Origin: Actinomycetes bacterium
GTDB lineage: Bacteria; Actinomycetota; Acidimicrobiia; Acidimicrobiales; Bog-793
Direction: 5' to 3'
Assembly: GCA_021791795.1 (NCBI GenBank)
Contig: JAJYVX010000005.1
Span: 293 to 48,438 of the forward strand
Length of the DNA stretch: 48,146 nt
How positions within the stretch are numbered: position 1 is the first letter of the stretch; each line of letters begins with the position of its first letter. Under the pieces are notes generated by a model. The model was not told the origin of the DNA. It saw only the letters and a list, made by a program, of their open reading frames with translations, and did no database searches. A program made the position numbers and the translations under genes. This document shows positions 17,117 to 26,921 of this stretch, one piece after another.

Positions 17117-18532
17117 ATGGACGGGATCACGACGACGGAGCAGGAGAACGATGTCGAGACCGCTGAGGGCGCCCGCGGCTTCACCCGTGTCCGGGTCCCG
17201 GCGCCGCTCCTCAAGCGGCGGCTGCCCTCGGGGCGTGGCGCAACCGAGCAACCGAACAACACCGACGACGGCGATGCACCGCTCACCGTGCGCTTCTGGC
17301 TCGCACTGCTCTTCACCGGAGTGGCCACAGGGCTGTTCGGCGTCCTCATGATGGTGGTGCTGTTCAACCTCGAGCACCTGGCGTTCGGCACGGGCTCCGG
17401 CGACTATCAGAGCCGCGTCGAGCAGGCGTCGGCCGTCCACCGGGTCCTCTCGCTCGTCATCGCCGGCGCGTTCGCCGGACCGGCCTGGTACCTGCTGCGC
17501 AAGTACACGAAAGGCGAGAAGTCAGAGGTCGACGAAGTGATCTGGGCCGGCGACGGGAGGCTCTCTTTGCGCCGCAGCCTCCTCACCGGGATCATCTCCG
17601 AGGTGGCGGTCGGCATGGGCGCCTCGATCGGACGGGAGGCAGCGCCGAAGCTCATGGGTGGCGTGTCCGGCAGCATGGCCGCGGGCTGGTTCGGGCTCAC
17701 GACCTCCCAGCGACGACTGTTGGTGGCCTGCGGCGCAGGAGCCGGGCTCGCCGCCGTCTACAACGTGCCGCTCGGCGGAGCACTGTTCACCGCCGAGGTC
17801 CTCGTCGGCTCGGTGTCACTGCCGGTGGTGCTGCCGGCAGCGGCCACGAGCTTCATCGCCGCGGCCGTCGCCTGGGTGTACCTCCCCCAGCACGCGACCT
17901 ACGTGGACCTCCCCTCGTATCACTTCTCCACGACTCTGCTCGTGTGGGCGATCGTTGCGGGACCGGTCATCGGCCTCCTCGCGTCCGGCTACATCCGCCT
18001 CATGGGCTGGGTGTCGCACCACCGGCTGAGAGGGCGCATCGCCATCGGAGGACCGCTCGTCGCCTTCACCATCCTCGGCGTGATCGGCATCGCCTACCCG
18101 GCACTGTTCGGCAACGGCAAGGACATGGCGCACCGGGCCTTCCTCGGACAGGGCACGTTCCTCGTGCTGCTCGCCCTGTTTGCCCTGAAGCCCCTCGTGA
18201 CCGCGCTGTGCCTCGGGAGCGGGGCGTCGGGAGGACTGTTCACACCCTTCATGAGCACCGGGGCGGTCTTCGGTGCCATGGCAGGGATCGCCTGGTCACA
18301 TGTGTGGCCTGGAGAGGCGGTGGGGGGTTTTGCCCTGGTGGGCGCTGCAGCCATGCTCGGTTCGTCCATCCAAGCACCTCTTGCGGGGCTCGTGCTCGTC
18401 GTCGAGCTCACCCATACCGGCTTCTCGCTTCTCGTGCCGATCATGACCGCAACCGTGCTCGCCACGGCCGTGGCGCGCCACATCGACGGCTACTCCATCT
18501 ACTCTGCGAGGCTCCCCGCCGCTCACGAGTGA
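17117..18532 (+). CDS. ClC-family chloride channel / H+-Cl- antiporter
   Basis: Contains GASIGREAAPKLMGG (GREGP-like), AAVYNVPLGGALFTAEVL and GSGASGGLFTPFMSTGAVFG (GxFxP), with about 10 or more TM segments. Confidence 0.85.
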   Translation: MDGITTTEQENDVETAEGARGFTRVRVPAPLLKRRLPSGRGATEQPNNTDDGDAPLTVRFWLALLFTGVATGLFGVLMMVVLFNLEHLAFGTGSGDYQSRVEQASAVHRVLSLVIAGAFAGPAWYLLRKYTKGEKSEVDEVIWAGDGRLSLRRSLLTGIISEVAVGMGASIGREAAPKLMGGVSGSMAAGWFGLTTSQRRLLVACGAGAGLAAVYNVPLGGALFTAEVLVGSVSLPVVLPAAATSFIAAAVAWVYLPQHATYVDLPSYHFSTTLLVWAIVAGPVIGLLASGYIRLMGWVSHHRLRGRIAIGGPLVAFTILGVIGIAYPALFGNGKDMAHRAFLGQGTFLVLLALFALKPLVTALCLGSGASGGLFTPFMSTGAVFGAMAGIAWSHVWPGEAVGGFALVGAAAMLGSSIQAPLAGLVLVVELTHTGFSLLVPIMTATVLATAVARHIDGYSIYSARLPAAHE

Positions 18533-18593
18533 CCGTGGCGCTCGTGGACCCGCCGCGGTGCGGCGCCGCCTCGCCAGTCGAACCGCTGTCGCC

Positions 18594-19406
18594 CTAGCCC
18601 AGTCCGGTGGCTCCTGCCCGCTCTGGGTCTCGACCCGCCGGCTTGGCCTCTTCGAACTCGAGAGGCGCCTCGAAGGCTGCGTCGAGCCGCCCGTGCGACC
18701 AACGCGCCACGAAGGCGAACCGGTCGGCACGGATGACCCCGTGCCGCCACTCGACGGGGACCGTCCCCTCGCTCGCCAGGCGCTCGATGGCAAAGGCCGC
18801 CGAGCGCGGGCCGATCTCGAGCAGGCGCCGCTGTTCTGCCGTCGGGATCACGGGGGTGAGCCGCTCCCAACCCGAGTCCGGCCTTATTCCACAACGCTGC
18901 TCGAGCTCCTTGTACAGGGCGGTGCGACGGAAGTCGGCGCTCAGCAGGCGACGGGCCAGCCGTGCGGGCAGCCAGGAGCAGTCGAGAACCGCCGGACTCC
19001 CGTCGAGGAGCCGCAGGCGCTCTATGTAGACGAGGGGTTCGTCAGGTCCGAAACCGAGCATTGCGGCCGCGTCCGCGTCCCGTCGCTCCTCCAGGTGCCG
19101 TACGAGGCTCACCTGGTCGAAGCCCTGCTCCTCAGCTGATCGGTAGAGGCTGTACATGGCGCCGAGCGACTGCTCGATCGGACGGCGGCGCACGGAGGTG
19201 CCCTGCCCCCGCACGCGCTCGACGAGACCTTCCTGCTGCAGGTGGCGCACGGCCTCCCGCACCGTCTGGCGGCTGACCGCGTACTGGCTCACGAGCTCGA
19301 CGTCACTCGGAAACCGCTCGGCGAACTCACCGGCCGCCATCCTCGCACGCAGGTCCCCCAGTATCTGGACCCAGAGCGGCACCGGGCTGCGTCTGTTCAC
19401 GCGCAC
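18594..19406 (-). CDS. GntR-family regulator, HutC subfamily (wHTH + UTRA domain); start uncertain (GTG 19406/19400 or TTG 19454)
   Basis: PLWVQILGDLRARMAAGEFAERFPSDVELVSQYAVSRQTVREAVRHLQQEGLVERVRGQGTSV is a GntR wHTH. The C-terminal ~170 aa is UTRA-like. Confidence 0.8.
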   Translation of the reverse strand: MRVNRRSPVPLWVQILGDLRARMAAGEFAERFPSDVELVSQYAVSRQTVREAVRHLQQEGLVERVRGQGTSVRRRPIEQSLGAMYSLYRSAEEQGFDQVSLVRHLEERRDADAAAMLGFGPDEPLVYIERLRLLDGSPAVLDCSWLPARLARRLLSADFRRTALYKELEQRCGIRPDSGWERLTPVIPTAEQRRLLEIGPRSAAFAIERLASEGTVPVEWRHGVIRADRFAFVARWSHGRLDAAFEAPLEFEEAKPAGRDPERAGATGLG

Positions 19407-19450
19407 CGCACAAGTATGTGCGCGTGGAGGCCGCGCCCTGCCGCGGTCGC

Positions 19451-19621
19451 TCAATCGCGCGAGAACAGCCGCCGCAGCATCGACCGCCGTTCGCCGGCCT
19501 CTTTAGCGTGCCCGGGGCAGCGCTGGGACGTCGCCACTCGCCGCATGACCTGCTCGACATGCATCCCGCAGCCGGCCCACGTCGTCTTGCCACAGGTTCG
19601 GCACCTCACCGCGCGGCACAT
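19451..19621 (-). CDS. Small Cys-rich protein (56 aa) of a type I recall from other actinobacteria
   Basis: MCRAVRCRTCGKTTWAGCGMHVEQVMRRVATSQRCPGHAKE... has a CxxC...C...C/H pattern. The last 56 codons of the otherwise implausible ORF 19451..20287 were chosen. An alternative ATG lies at 19660. Confidence 0.55.
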   Translation of the reverse strand: MCRAVRCRTCGKTTWAGCGMHVEQVMRRVATSQRCPGHAKEAGERRSMLRRLFSRD

Positions 19622-20046
19622 CTTCTTCTCGTCCTCCTCGTCTCGGGGTTGGCACACCATACCCGCCCCGGTATCCGTCGGGACACCGGCACATGGGAGA
19701 CGCGCCTGCGCTGGCAGCGCCGGAGGACGCGCCGAAGGACTTTCGGGGTCGTCGCTGAGGCGCTGGTAGCAAAGGAGGCTGGTGAAGAGGCCGGTGAGGA
19801 ACCCGATCATGTCCAGAGGGGCGAGCGAGATGCCCGCGCCGAGGTCGCCCGAGGTCGCCCGAGGCGACGCCGAGCGGCACGAGCCGCAGGAGCGAAACCG
19901 TCGCGGTGAAGTCGCCGAGGCCACGCTCAGAGTTCGCTCGGGGCCGGAGCGCCGCTCCGAGGAACGTGTCCGCCGCGAGATCGCCTCGTCCCTCGAGAGT
20001 GGCGGGCGGTCCGCACGGGTTTCGCGGACCACCGGGCGAGGCCGGG

Positions 20047-20505
20047 GTGGCGGGAGGCCACAGGGCGGCGGGCGGCCACAGGGCGGCGGGCGGCCACAGG
20101 GCGGCGGGCGGCCACAGGGCGGCGGGCGGCCACAGGGCGGCGGGCGGCAGGTCGAGCCGTGCCGGCATCGCCCGGGTCTACGACGACCCTGCTCCGGGCT
20201 CGGTGAGGGTGCTGGTCGACCGGCTGTGGCCGCGCGGCCTCGCCAAGGAGACCGCACCCTTCGACGAGTGGTGCAAGCAAGTCGCACCGAGCAGCGAGCT
20301 CCGCAAGTGGTACGGACACGACCCGGCGCGGTTCGACGAATTCGCCCGCCGTTACCGGGAGGAACTCACGAGCGCTTCCCTCGCCGAGGTTCTTGAGGGC
20401 TTGCGCGACAAGGCGCGGGCGGGACGGCTGATCCTCGTGACCGCCACGAGGGCTCTCGACCGCTCGGGCGCCGCCGTGCTGCGAGACGTGCTCTCCGGCG
20501 CCTGA
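20047..20505 (+). CDS. DUF488 (YeaO-like) family protein; start uncertain, nearest in-frame start lies upstream of the 18-bp repeat array
   Basis: [65 protein letters not shown] is a canonical DUF488 core beginning at about 20173. No ATG/GTG/TTG lies between the repeat and the core. In-frame candidates are GTG 20047 and ATG 19906. Confidence 0.7.
   Translation: MAGGHRAAGGHRAAGGHRAAGGHRAAGGHRAAGGRSSRAGIARVYDDPAPGSVRVLVDRLWPRGLAKETAPFDEWCKQVAPSSELRKWYGHDPARFDEFARRYREELTSASLAEVLEGLRDKARAGRLILVTATRALDRSGAAVLRDVLSGA
20056..20145. repeat. Perfect tandem repeat, 18-bp unit GGCCACAGGGCGGCGGGC x5 (with degenerate flanking copies)
   Basis: Counted directly. Copies lie at 20056-20073, 20074-20091, 20092-20109, 20110-20127 and 20128-20145. 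The array encodes (GGHRAA)n in the DUF488 frame. Confidence 0.95.
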
Positions 20506-20536
20506 GAGCCCCGCGCCAGAAGGCGGGGTCGGCGCG

Positions 20537-20878
20537 TCAGCGGGTCCGGGTGAACCGGTGAATCGCCTCGAGCAGCTCGTTCGTCTTCTCGGCTGCCACC
20601 GCGTCGTCGCCCGACGAAAGGGCGTGACGCACACAGTGGGTCACGTGGTCCTCGAGGATCTTGACGGCGACCGCGTCCAGTGCCGTCGTGACTGCGGCGA
20701 TCTGGGTGAGGATGTCGATGCAGTACCGGTCGTCCGTGATCATCTTCTCGATGCCGCGAGTCTGGCCCTCGATCCGCCGCATCCGCTTCACGAGTGCGTC
20801 CTTGTCGGCGACGTATCCGTAGGGTGGCCCGGATACCGCTCCCGCCGAGCCCCGCGGCGCATGCGGAGCGTCGGTCAT
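20537..20878 (-). CDS. csoR: Copper-sensing CsoR repressor (x-C-H-C type)
   Basis: [53 protein letters not shown] carries the Cys/His/Cys ligand set. The start overlaps the copA stop (ATGA 20875-20878). Confidence 0.9.
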   Translation of the reverse strand: MTDAPHAPRGSAGAVSGPPYGYVADKDALVKRMRRIEGQTRGIEKMITDDRYCIDILTQIAAVTTALDAVAVKILEDHVTHCVRHALSSGDDAVAAEKTNELLEAIHRFTRTR

Positions 20879-23094
20879 GGGGCCTCCTCTGCCGGGCGGA
20901 AGCGGCGCAGTCTCAGCGAATTGCTGACGACGAAGACGCTCGAGAACGCCATGGCCGCTGCGGCGACGATCGGGTTGACGACACCGGCGACCGCGAGCGG
21001 CAGGGCGGCAACGTTGTAGCCGAAGGCCCAGAACAAATTGCCCTTGATCGTCGACAGGGTGCGGCGCGACAGGCTGATGGCGACAGCCGCCGCCCGGACG
21101 TCACCGGCGACGAGCGTCAGGTCCGATGCCTCTATGGCCACGTCCGTACCGGTGCCGACCGCTATCCCGAGATCCGCCTGAGCAAGGGCGGGTGCGTCGT
21201 TCACCCCGTCGCCCACCATGGCGACGACCTCGCCGGATTCCTGCAGACGGGAGACCTCGGCCGCCTTGTCTCCGGGCAGCACGTTCGCGAGCACACGGTC
21301 GATGCCCACCTCTGCCGCCACTGCCCGCGCGGTTCGCTCGTTGTCACCGGTGAGCAGCACGGGTGTGAGCCCGAGCGCCCGCAGATCAGCGACGGCCCGG
21401 CGACTCGTCGCCCTGGTGCGGTCGCCCACCGCGACGAGCCCGCGTGCCGAACCCTCCCAGGCGACACCGACCACGGTGGTCCCTTGGGACTCGAACCGAT
21501 CCGCCTCCGAGGCGAGGTCCGCCGGCATCTTCACTCCCCAATCAGCGAGGAGACCGAAGCGCCCGACGACTACGGCTCGCCCGTCGACGACGGCCTCGAC
21601 ACCTAGGCCGGCGCGAGACGAGAACGACTCGGCCGGAGGAAGATCCCCGAGGCGTTCTCTTCCGAAGGAGGCGACGGCCTGGGCGATCGGATGCTCGCTC
21701 GGATCCTCCGCTGCTGCTGCCAACCGCAAGAGCTCCACCTCGTCGACGCCGTCCGCAGGTATGACTCCTGCGACGACCATCCTCCCCTCGGTGAGTGTGC
21801 CCGTCTTGTCGAGGACGACGGTCGTGACCTTGCGCGTCCGCTCCAGGACCTCCGGCCCTCTGATGACTATGCCGAGCTGGGCGCCACGCCCCGTCCCCAC
21901 CATGAGGGCGGTCGGTGTGGCGAGCCCCAGAGCGCAAGGGCAGGCGATGACCACGACCGCCACCGCGGTAGAGAAGGCGGTCGCCGTGCTGGCATCACCT
22001 ATGACGAGCCACCCGAGAAGTGTGAGCGCCGAAAGGGCGATAACGATCGGGACGAAGACGGCCGACACGCTGTCGGCGAGGCGTTGCACCGGCGCTTTGC
22101 GGGCCTGCGCCTCTGCCACGAGACGGGCGACCTGCGCGAGTGCGGTGGACGCCCCGACACGTGTCGCCTCTACTACGAGGCGCCCCGAGGTGTTGACCGT
22201 CGCACCGGCGACGACATCGCCTGGACCGACGTCGAGCGGGACCGACTCACCGGTTAGCATCGACTGGTCCACGGCGGAGGTCCCGACCTGCACTATGCCG
22301 TCGGTTGCGATCTTCTCGCCGGGCCGGACGACGAAGCGATCGCCGACGGCGAGATCCTCCACCGGGATGACGACTTCCGCGCCGCCGCGCAGTACGCGGG
22401 CGTCCTTCGCACCGAGCTCGAGCAACCTGCGGAGGGCGTCTCCCGAACGCCGCTTGGCCCGCGCCTCCAGGTACCGGCCGAGTAGGATCAGAGCGGTGAT
22501 CGCCCCCGCGCTGTCGAAGTAGATGCTCGTGGACATGTTTGCGAGCAGCACGACCGTGGACCATGTCCAGGCCGCAAGGGTCCCGACCGAGATCAGCGTG
22601 TCCATCGTCGCCACCCCGTGCCGGGCATTCGCAGCCGCGGCGCGGTGGAAGGGCCAGCCGGCATAGAAGACGACGGGTGTGGCGAGGGCGAAGGAGACCC
22701 ACTCCCAGCCAGGCGGCCGGGAATCAGGCACCCAGGCGAGCACGGCGAGCACCAAGCCGAAGGCCGCAGCCAGAACGAGGCGCCGGCGGTAGGGCCGAGC
22801 GGGATCGTCCTCCACGACCTCCTCCGGCAGAGATGCCCCGTAGCCGGCGGCCTCCACCGCGCCGATCAGCTCGTCGAGGTCCACCTGCGCCGGGTCGAAC
22901 GCGACCGCGGCGTGCTCGCTCGCGAAGTTCACGCTCGCGGCCACACCGTCGAGCTTGTTGAGGCGTTTCTCTATGCGAGCCGCGCACGATGCACACGTCA
23001 TGCCCGATATGGCGAGCTCCACGTACTGGCGACTGTCAAGCGGTTCGGCTTCGGTCCGCCTCGGCTGCTCCAGGTCGGCGACGGGCAACGTCAC
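20875..23094 (-). CDS. copA: Copper-translocating P1B-type ATPase
   Basis: Contains an N-terminal HMA domain ([15 protein letters not shown]), the CPC motif ([11 protein letters not shown]), DKTGTLT, TGD, and [11 protein letters not shown]. The GTG start overlaps the copZ stop. Confidence 0.92.
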   Translation of the reverse strand: MTLPVADLEQPRRTEAEPLDSRQYVELAISGMTCASCAARIEKRLNKLDGVAASVNFASEHAAVAFDPAQVDLDELIGAVEAAGYGASLPEEVVEDDPARPYRRRLVLAAAFGLVLAVLAWVPDSRPPGWEWVSFALATPVVFYAGWPFHRAAAANARHGVATMDTLISVGTLAAWTWSTVVLLANMSTSIYFDSAGAITALILLGRYLEARAKRRSGDALRRLLELGAKDARVLRGGAEVVIPVEDLAVGDRFVVRPGEKIATDGIVQVGTSAVDQSMLTGESVPLDVGPGDVVAGATVNTSGRLVVEATRVGASTALAQVARLVAEAQARKAPVQRLADSVSAVFVPIVIALSALTLLGWLVIGDASTATAFSTAVAVVVIACPCALGLATPTALMVGTGRGAQLGIVIRGPEVLERTRKVTTVVLDKTGTLTEGRMVVAGVIPADGVDEVELLRLAAAAEDPSEHPIAQAVASFGRERLGDLPPAESFSSRAGLGVEAVVDGRAVVVGRFGLLADWGVKMPADLASEADRFESQGTTVVGVAWEGSARGLVAVGDRTRATSRRAVADLRALGLTPVLLTGDNERTARAVAAEVGIDRVLANVLPGDKAAEVSRLQESGEVVAMVGDGVNDAPALAQADLGIAVGTGTDVAIEASDLTLVAGDVRAAAVAISLSRRTLSTIKGNLFWAFGYNVAALPLAVAGVVNPIVAAAAMAFSSVFVVSNSLRLRRFRPAEEAP

Positions 23095-23294
23095 GAAGCC
23101 TCGTAACCCGCCTCTTCGATCGCGGCGCGAAGCACCTCGTCGTCGAGACTCTCGCCGGTCACTGTGACGAGCTTCGTGTCGAGGTCGACATCAACCGCGT
23201 CCACCCCGAAGACCGCTCCGAGCTCGCCCGACACTGCCCGCTTGCAGTGGTCGCACGTCATGCCGGGGACTTGGTACGTGATCGTTTCTGACAT
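23091..23294 (-). CDS. copZ: Copper chaperone CopZ (HMA domain)
   Basis: [25 protein letters not shown]... carries the MxCxxC motif. A GGAGGAGG SD precedes ATG 23294. Confidence 0.85.
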   Translation of the reverse strand: MSETITYQVPGMTCDHCKRAVSGELGAVFGVDAVDVDLDTKLVTVTGESLDDEVLRAAIEEAGYEAS

Positions 23295-23318
23295 CACCGA
23301 CCTCCTCCGCTCATGTAT

Positions 23319-23335
23319 ATACCCTACCCCTGTAT
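23319..23335. promoter_or_regulatory. Candidate CsoR operator upstream of copZ (ATAC-N9-GTAT around a C-tract)
   Basis: ATACCCTACCCCTGTAT sits inside an AT-richer patch (TGTATATACCCTACCCCTGTATTGA), 25-41 bp upstream of the copZ start. From memory, it resembles the Bacillus CsoR box TACCCTACGGGGGTA. Confidence 0.45.
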
Positions 23336-23645
23336 TGACCGACGTTCGGCAGCCGGCATCGAGCGCGGCCGCCGCAGGCATGTTCCGGCTGTGGCGGGAT
23401 CGCCGCGAGAACGGGATCGTGCCGCCCAACGGTCGGCCAGTAGCCGGCCGGCCAAAAGAAGGCCGCTCGTCACCGACGGCGCGCTACCAACGCTTCCAGC
23501 CGTGGGTCCGGGAGCAGATGAGACCATTCGGGGCCCCTTTGAACGACCCGGAGCGCATCCTCGACGAGCGGCTGGCCCGCGTTGAGATCGCGCAGTCGAG
23601 TACCGGCGGTTGGGCGACCTGCTGCGAGGAGGCGAGGGCCAGCGG

Positions 23646-24398
23646 CTAGGCCGGACGGCGGAAGAGGGCGGCCAGCGCAGTCGAGTCGACGGCATCGACT
23701 GCCCAGTAGGCGACGGGGCGCAGCAGCGAGACGACGACCACCACGAGAAACGACAGCAGGTAGCCGGCGACCACGTCACCCGGATAGTGCGCACCGACAT
23801 ATACCCGGGCAAAACAAAGAAACAACCCGAGTATCACGTTCGTCACCGCCAGGACGGCGAGGAGCCAACCCGCTCTACGATCACGAGGTCGTCGGAAGTC
23901 GCCAGCCTTCCCGCCCGCATGGCGCCTCGACCAGACGCTCTTGCCGAGCACGAGCAGGAGCGACGCCGTCAATCCCCCTGCGACGATCGAGTGATCGGAT
24001 GGGAACGAGTAGTCGCCCGTCCTCGCTACGAGGACGAGAGCATGAGGGTAGGTGACGTAGGGACGGAGCTCCTCGGCAGCGCGCGCCACGAGCTGGTTGA
24101 GGCCGAGCGCCATGATCGTCCCGACGCCGCCGAGGATGAGCACGGCGGCGGCTTGCGGTGCCCGGCGCCGCCACACCACAGCGTAGGCGACGACGAACAG
24201 GAGGGTGAGGAGCACCGGCCCCAGCCAGAGCGCATAAGCGTGCATGAAGGGGTGCGCCCAGGCAGTGTTCCGTGAGAAGCGATTGAGGTCGAGGTAGACG
24301 GAGGTGTTGAGGGACTTCGGAGGGAGCACACGGACATCGGCGAGGACCGGCGCCACGCCCGTCACATGTGGCGTCTCGACGAAACCCAGGTGTCCCAA
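23646..24398 (-). CDS. PAP2-superfamily phosphatase (membrane)
   Basis: PAP2 motifs SFPSDHSIVAGG and ARVYVGAHYPGDVVAG are present, with multiple TM helices. Confidence 0.85.
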   Translation of the reverse strand: MGHLGFVETPHVTGVAPVLADVRVLPPKSLNTSVYLDLNRFSRNTAWAHPFMHAYALWLGPVLLTLLFVVAYAVVWRRRAPQAAAVLILGGVGTIMALGLNQLVARAAEELRPYVTYPHALVLVARTGDYSFPSDHSIVAGGLTASLLLVLGKSVWSRRHAGGKAGDFRRPRDRRAGWLLAVLAVTNVILGLFLCFARVYVGAHYPGDVVAGYLLSFLVVVVVSLLRPVAYWAVDAVDSTALAALFRRPA

Positions 24399-24549
24399 GA
24401 TGCTCCTCGGCGGCGGACCGGTCTCCCCGCCCTATTCGGCCGCTCCGTTCAACTTAGCAAGGACCCTGCGCGGGCGACCCGGTGGCAGCACCATCGGCCG
24501 TGACGTCTGCAGGCATCGTCGGCGGACGACCGGTGAGGCCACGATGCCA

Positions 24550-26037
24550 TCAGCGCGGGCGGAAGAAAGTGTGGACCTGCCCGGCTATGGACGGCCAGAG
24601 AAGCGCCGCCAGCAGGATGCCCGCCACGACGGAACCGCCCACAAGCCAGAGCCGCACCAGCCGGCCCTTGGGGCTCGCCCGGCGGTAGCTCCGCCGGGCG
24701 CTGAGGTCCCGCCTCAGCACGCCGGGCACCTGCCACATGTAGGCGAGGACGTGGACGGCGAGGATGAAGAACCAGAGCAGGAAGTCGTACCGGTGCACCA
24801 CATAGAGCCAGCCGTTGGGATCGTGGATGGCGACGAGAGCTATCCCCGAGGCGAAGAGAACCACCGTGGTGAGGACGAGCAACGGAGCGAGGACGCGAAG
24901 AAGCGTCTTCGGCGGCCCTTTGCGGACGAAGTCCGGGTGCCCTGTGTAGTAGCGATAGAACCGCCAGCTCGTGCTGCCGAGTTTGATGAGCAGCGGCGGC
25001 ACGAGGATGAGGCCCACGACGACGTGCATCGTCATCAAGCCCCCGATGTTCAAGAGGGTGATGCCCTCGACGAAGATGAGCACGAAGAGGGCCGCAGCCG
25101 CAGCCGCGGTCACGCGCTCGTTCGCCCCCGCTTGATTCCGCTCTCCGACGCCCGCGCCCGGAGCCGCGAGGCGCTTCACGAGCGCCAGGAGCTCCTCACG
25201 GGGATTCGGCATGTCGACGAGCCCTGGGCCGCCGACCGCGCCACCCCGGGCGACAGCCGGCGAAACGGGCCTGCTGTACGCCCCACGCCCGGCGAACTGG
25301 CCCGTCGGTGGGCTGGCACGTTCCCAACGCACCGACGCTCCGACCAGCGGAGCGGTCCCGGCCGGGCCTGGGCGCACTGAGAGGCTCGGTGCACCACCTT
25401 GCGACACTCTGCCGTTCACGTGTCCGGCTCGTCGCATTTCGGCCCCGTAGGCGCGCCAGCGGTGGACCACCAGCAGGACGATGGCGACCACTGCGAGCGC
25501 GCCCAGCACGTAGCCGGCGTCGCTGAAGGCATGGATGATCGCGTGCCACCGGCTCCCGAGCCCGTAGCCGATGGCCGCCATCGCCCCGTCCCAGATGAGG
25601 CTCCCGACCGCCGTGAGGATCCCGAACGAGAGAAGCGGCACCTCGGCGACACCGGCGGGCAGCGCCACGAAGTTCCGGATGACTGGCACGAGGCGCCCGC
25701 TGAAGACACCAGAACGAGGGTGGCGGGCGTACCAGGCCTCGGCTCGGTCGAGGTCGTGTTGGCTCAACAGGACGTACTTGCCATACCGCTGGACGAACGC
25801 TCTGCCGGCCGTCCGCCCGATGAACCAGGCGATGTACGCCCCTACGACCTCGCCGGTGGCACCCACGAGGATCGCCCCGACGAGGTTCAGGTGGCCGGTG
25901 GCCGCCAGCGCTCCGGCAAATCCGAGGGTCAGCTCGGAGGAGGTCGGCACGCAACACGACTGGGCCACGCTCAAGAAGAAGATCGCGACGTATCCGAACG
26001 AGCTGACCAGGTTCAGCGGGTTGATGAGGGCGTCCAT
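24550..26037 (-). CDS. DedA/SNARE-associated family membrane protein read through, in frame, into a second ~220-aa polytopic membrane domain
   Basis: ATG 26037 (MDALINPLNLV) has a GGAG SD. The DedA core reads GYVAIFFLSVAQSCCVPTSSELTLGFAG...GRLVPVIRNFVALPAGVAEVP. No stop follows before 24550. After a ~70-aa low-complexity linker, an internal ATG at 25212 opens a 4-TM domain (FVLIFVEGITLLN..., STSWRFYRYYTGHPDFVRKGPP). Confidence 0.7.
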   Translation of the reverse strand: MDALINPLNLVSSFGYVAIFFLSVAQSCCVPTSSELTLGFAGALAATGHLNLVGAILVGATGEVVGAYIAWFIGRTAGRAFVQRYGKYVLLSQHDLDRAEAWYARHPRSGVFSGRLVPVIRNFVALPAGVAEVPLLSFGILTAVGSLIWDGAMAAIGYGLGSRWHAIIHAFSDAGYVLGALAVVAIVLLVVHRWRAYGAEMRRAGHVNGRVSQGGAPSLSVRPGPAGTAPLVGASVRWERASPPTGQFAGRGAYSRPVSPAVARGGAVGGPGLVDMPNPREELLALVKRLAAPGAGVGERNQAGANERVTAAAAAALFVLIFVEGITLLNIGGLMTMHVVVGLILVPPLLIKLGSTSWRFYRYYTGHPDFVRKGPPKTLLRVLAPLLVLTTVVLFASGIALVAIHDPNGWLYVVHRYDFLLWFFILAVHVLAYMWQVPGVLRRDLSARRSYRRASPKGRLVRLWLVGGSVVAGILLAALLWPSIAGQVHTFFRPR

Positions 26038-26465
26038 TAGATCTCCGTCGGTGGTTGCCGACACTCGGTCGGTAGCCGGTCCCCTCCATGATTGCCGTTG
26101 GCGGCGGCGCGGTCCTGGCAGCCGGTCGGCGCCAGCACCGCGCGCGGTCGCTTCAGCGCCACCGCCGGACCAGGTGGTGACACGAACGAAAGGGGTTGGG
26201 CCAGGCAAGACCCTACCGGGTACCTCGGCCATGCGCGCCTTTGCGACGGGTCCGCCGTCCCCTGCCGCACCAGAAGATCCGTTCATCGATCGTCGGCAGC
26301 TCGTCGGTCAGTTAGCTGAGCTACTCGGCAGCATCTCGTCGTCCGGCGCTGGCTCCCGTCCCGCCGTGGTCCCGCGGCTGACGCCTTTGCGCCGCCGGGG
26401 GGTCTGCCGCTCGCCTACACGGCCTCCTTCGGCGACGGCCCGCAGGAGGTGGCCCGATCGCGTGG

Positions 26466-26921
26466 GTGAGGGACAAGCCGGCTTCGGAGAAGCACCTGCA
26501 GGACCTCGCATGGCTGCGACGGGTCCGGGACAGGATCGACCGGGAGTACGCTCAACCGCTCGACGTGGAGGCGCTCGCACGTGGGGTGCACATGTCGGCT
26601 GGGCATCTGAGCCGGCAGTTTCGCCTTGCCTATGGCGAGTCGCCGTACAGCTATCTCATGACGCGACGCATCGAGCGCGCGATGGCGCTACTGCGTCGGG
26701 GAGACCTTGGGGTCACCAAGGTCTGTGTTGCCGTGGGCTGCTCGTCGCTCGGCACGTTCAGCACCCGCTTCACCGAGCTCGTCGGCATGTCTCCCAGCGC
26801 CTATAGGCGCCGGGCTCAGGCTGCGCGCAGCACCGCAGGGCCACCCTCCTCACTCGAGAAGCAGGTGACGAGACCGGTCAGGAATCGAGAAGCAGCGGTG
26901 AGAGCGCCAGGCTTAGCGTGA
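26466..26921 (+). CDS. Short AraC-family HTH regulator
   Basis: Contains two AraC HTH motifs: LDVEALARGVHMSAGHLSRQFRLAYGESPYSYLMTRRIERAMALL and VCVAVGCSSLGTFSTRFTELVGMSPSAYRR. The stop overlaps the next start (GTGA). Confidence 0.8.
   Translation: MRDKPASEKHLQDLAWLRRVRDRIDREYAQPLDVEALARGVHMSAGHLSRQFRLAYGESPYSYLMTRRIERAMALLRRGDLGVTKVCVAVGCSSLGTFSTRFTELVGMSPSAYRRRAQAARSTAGPPSSLEKQVTRPVRNREAAVRAPGLA

Noticed and set aside
20056-20145. CRISPR array as an explanation for the repeated units (also considered for 35057-35098 and 28110-28139)
   Set aside because: The repeats are directly tandem with no spacers, the units are only 6-18 bp, and no cas genes are present.
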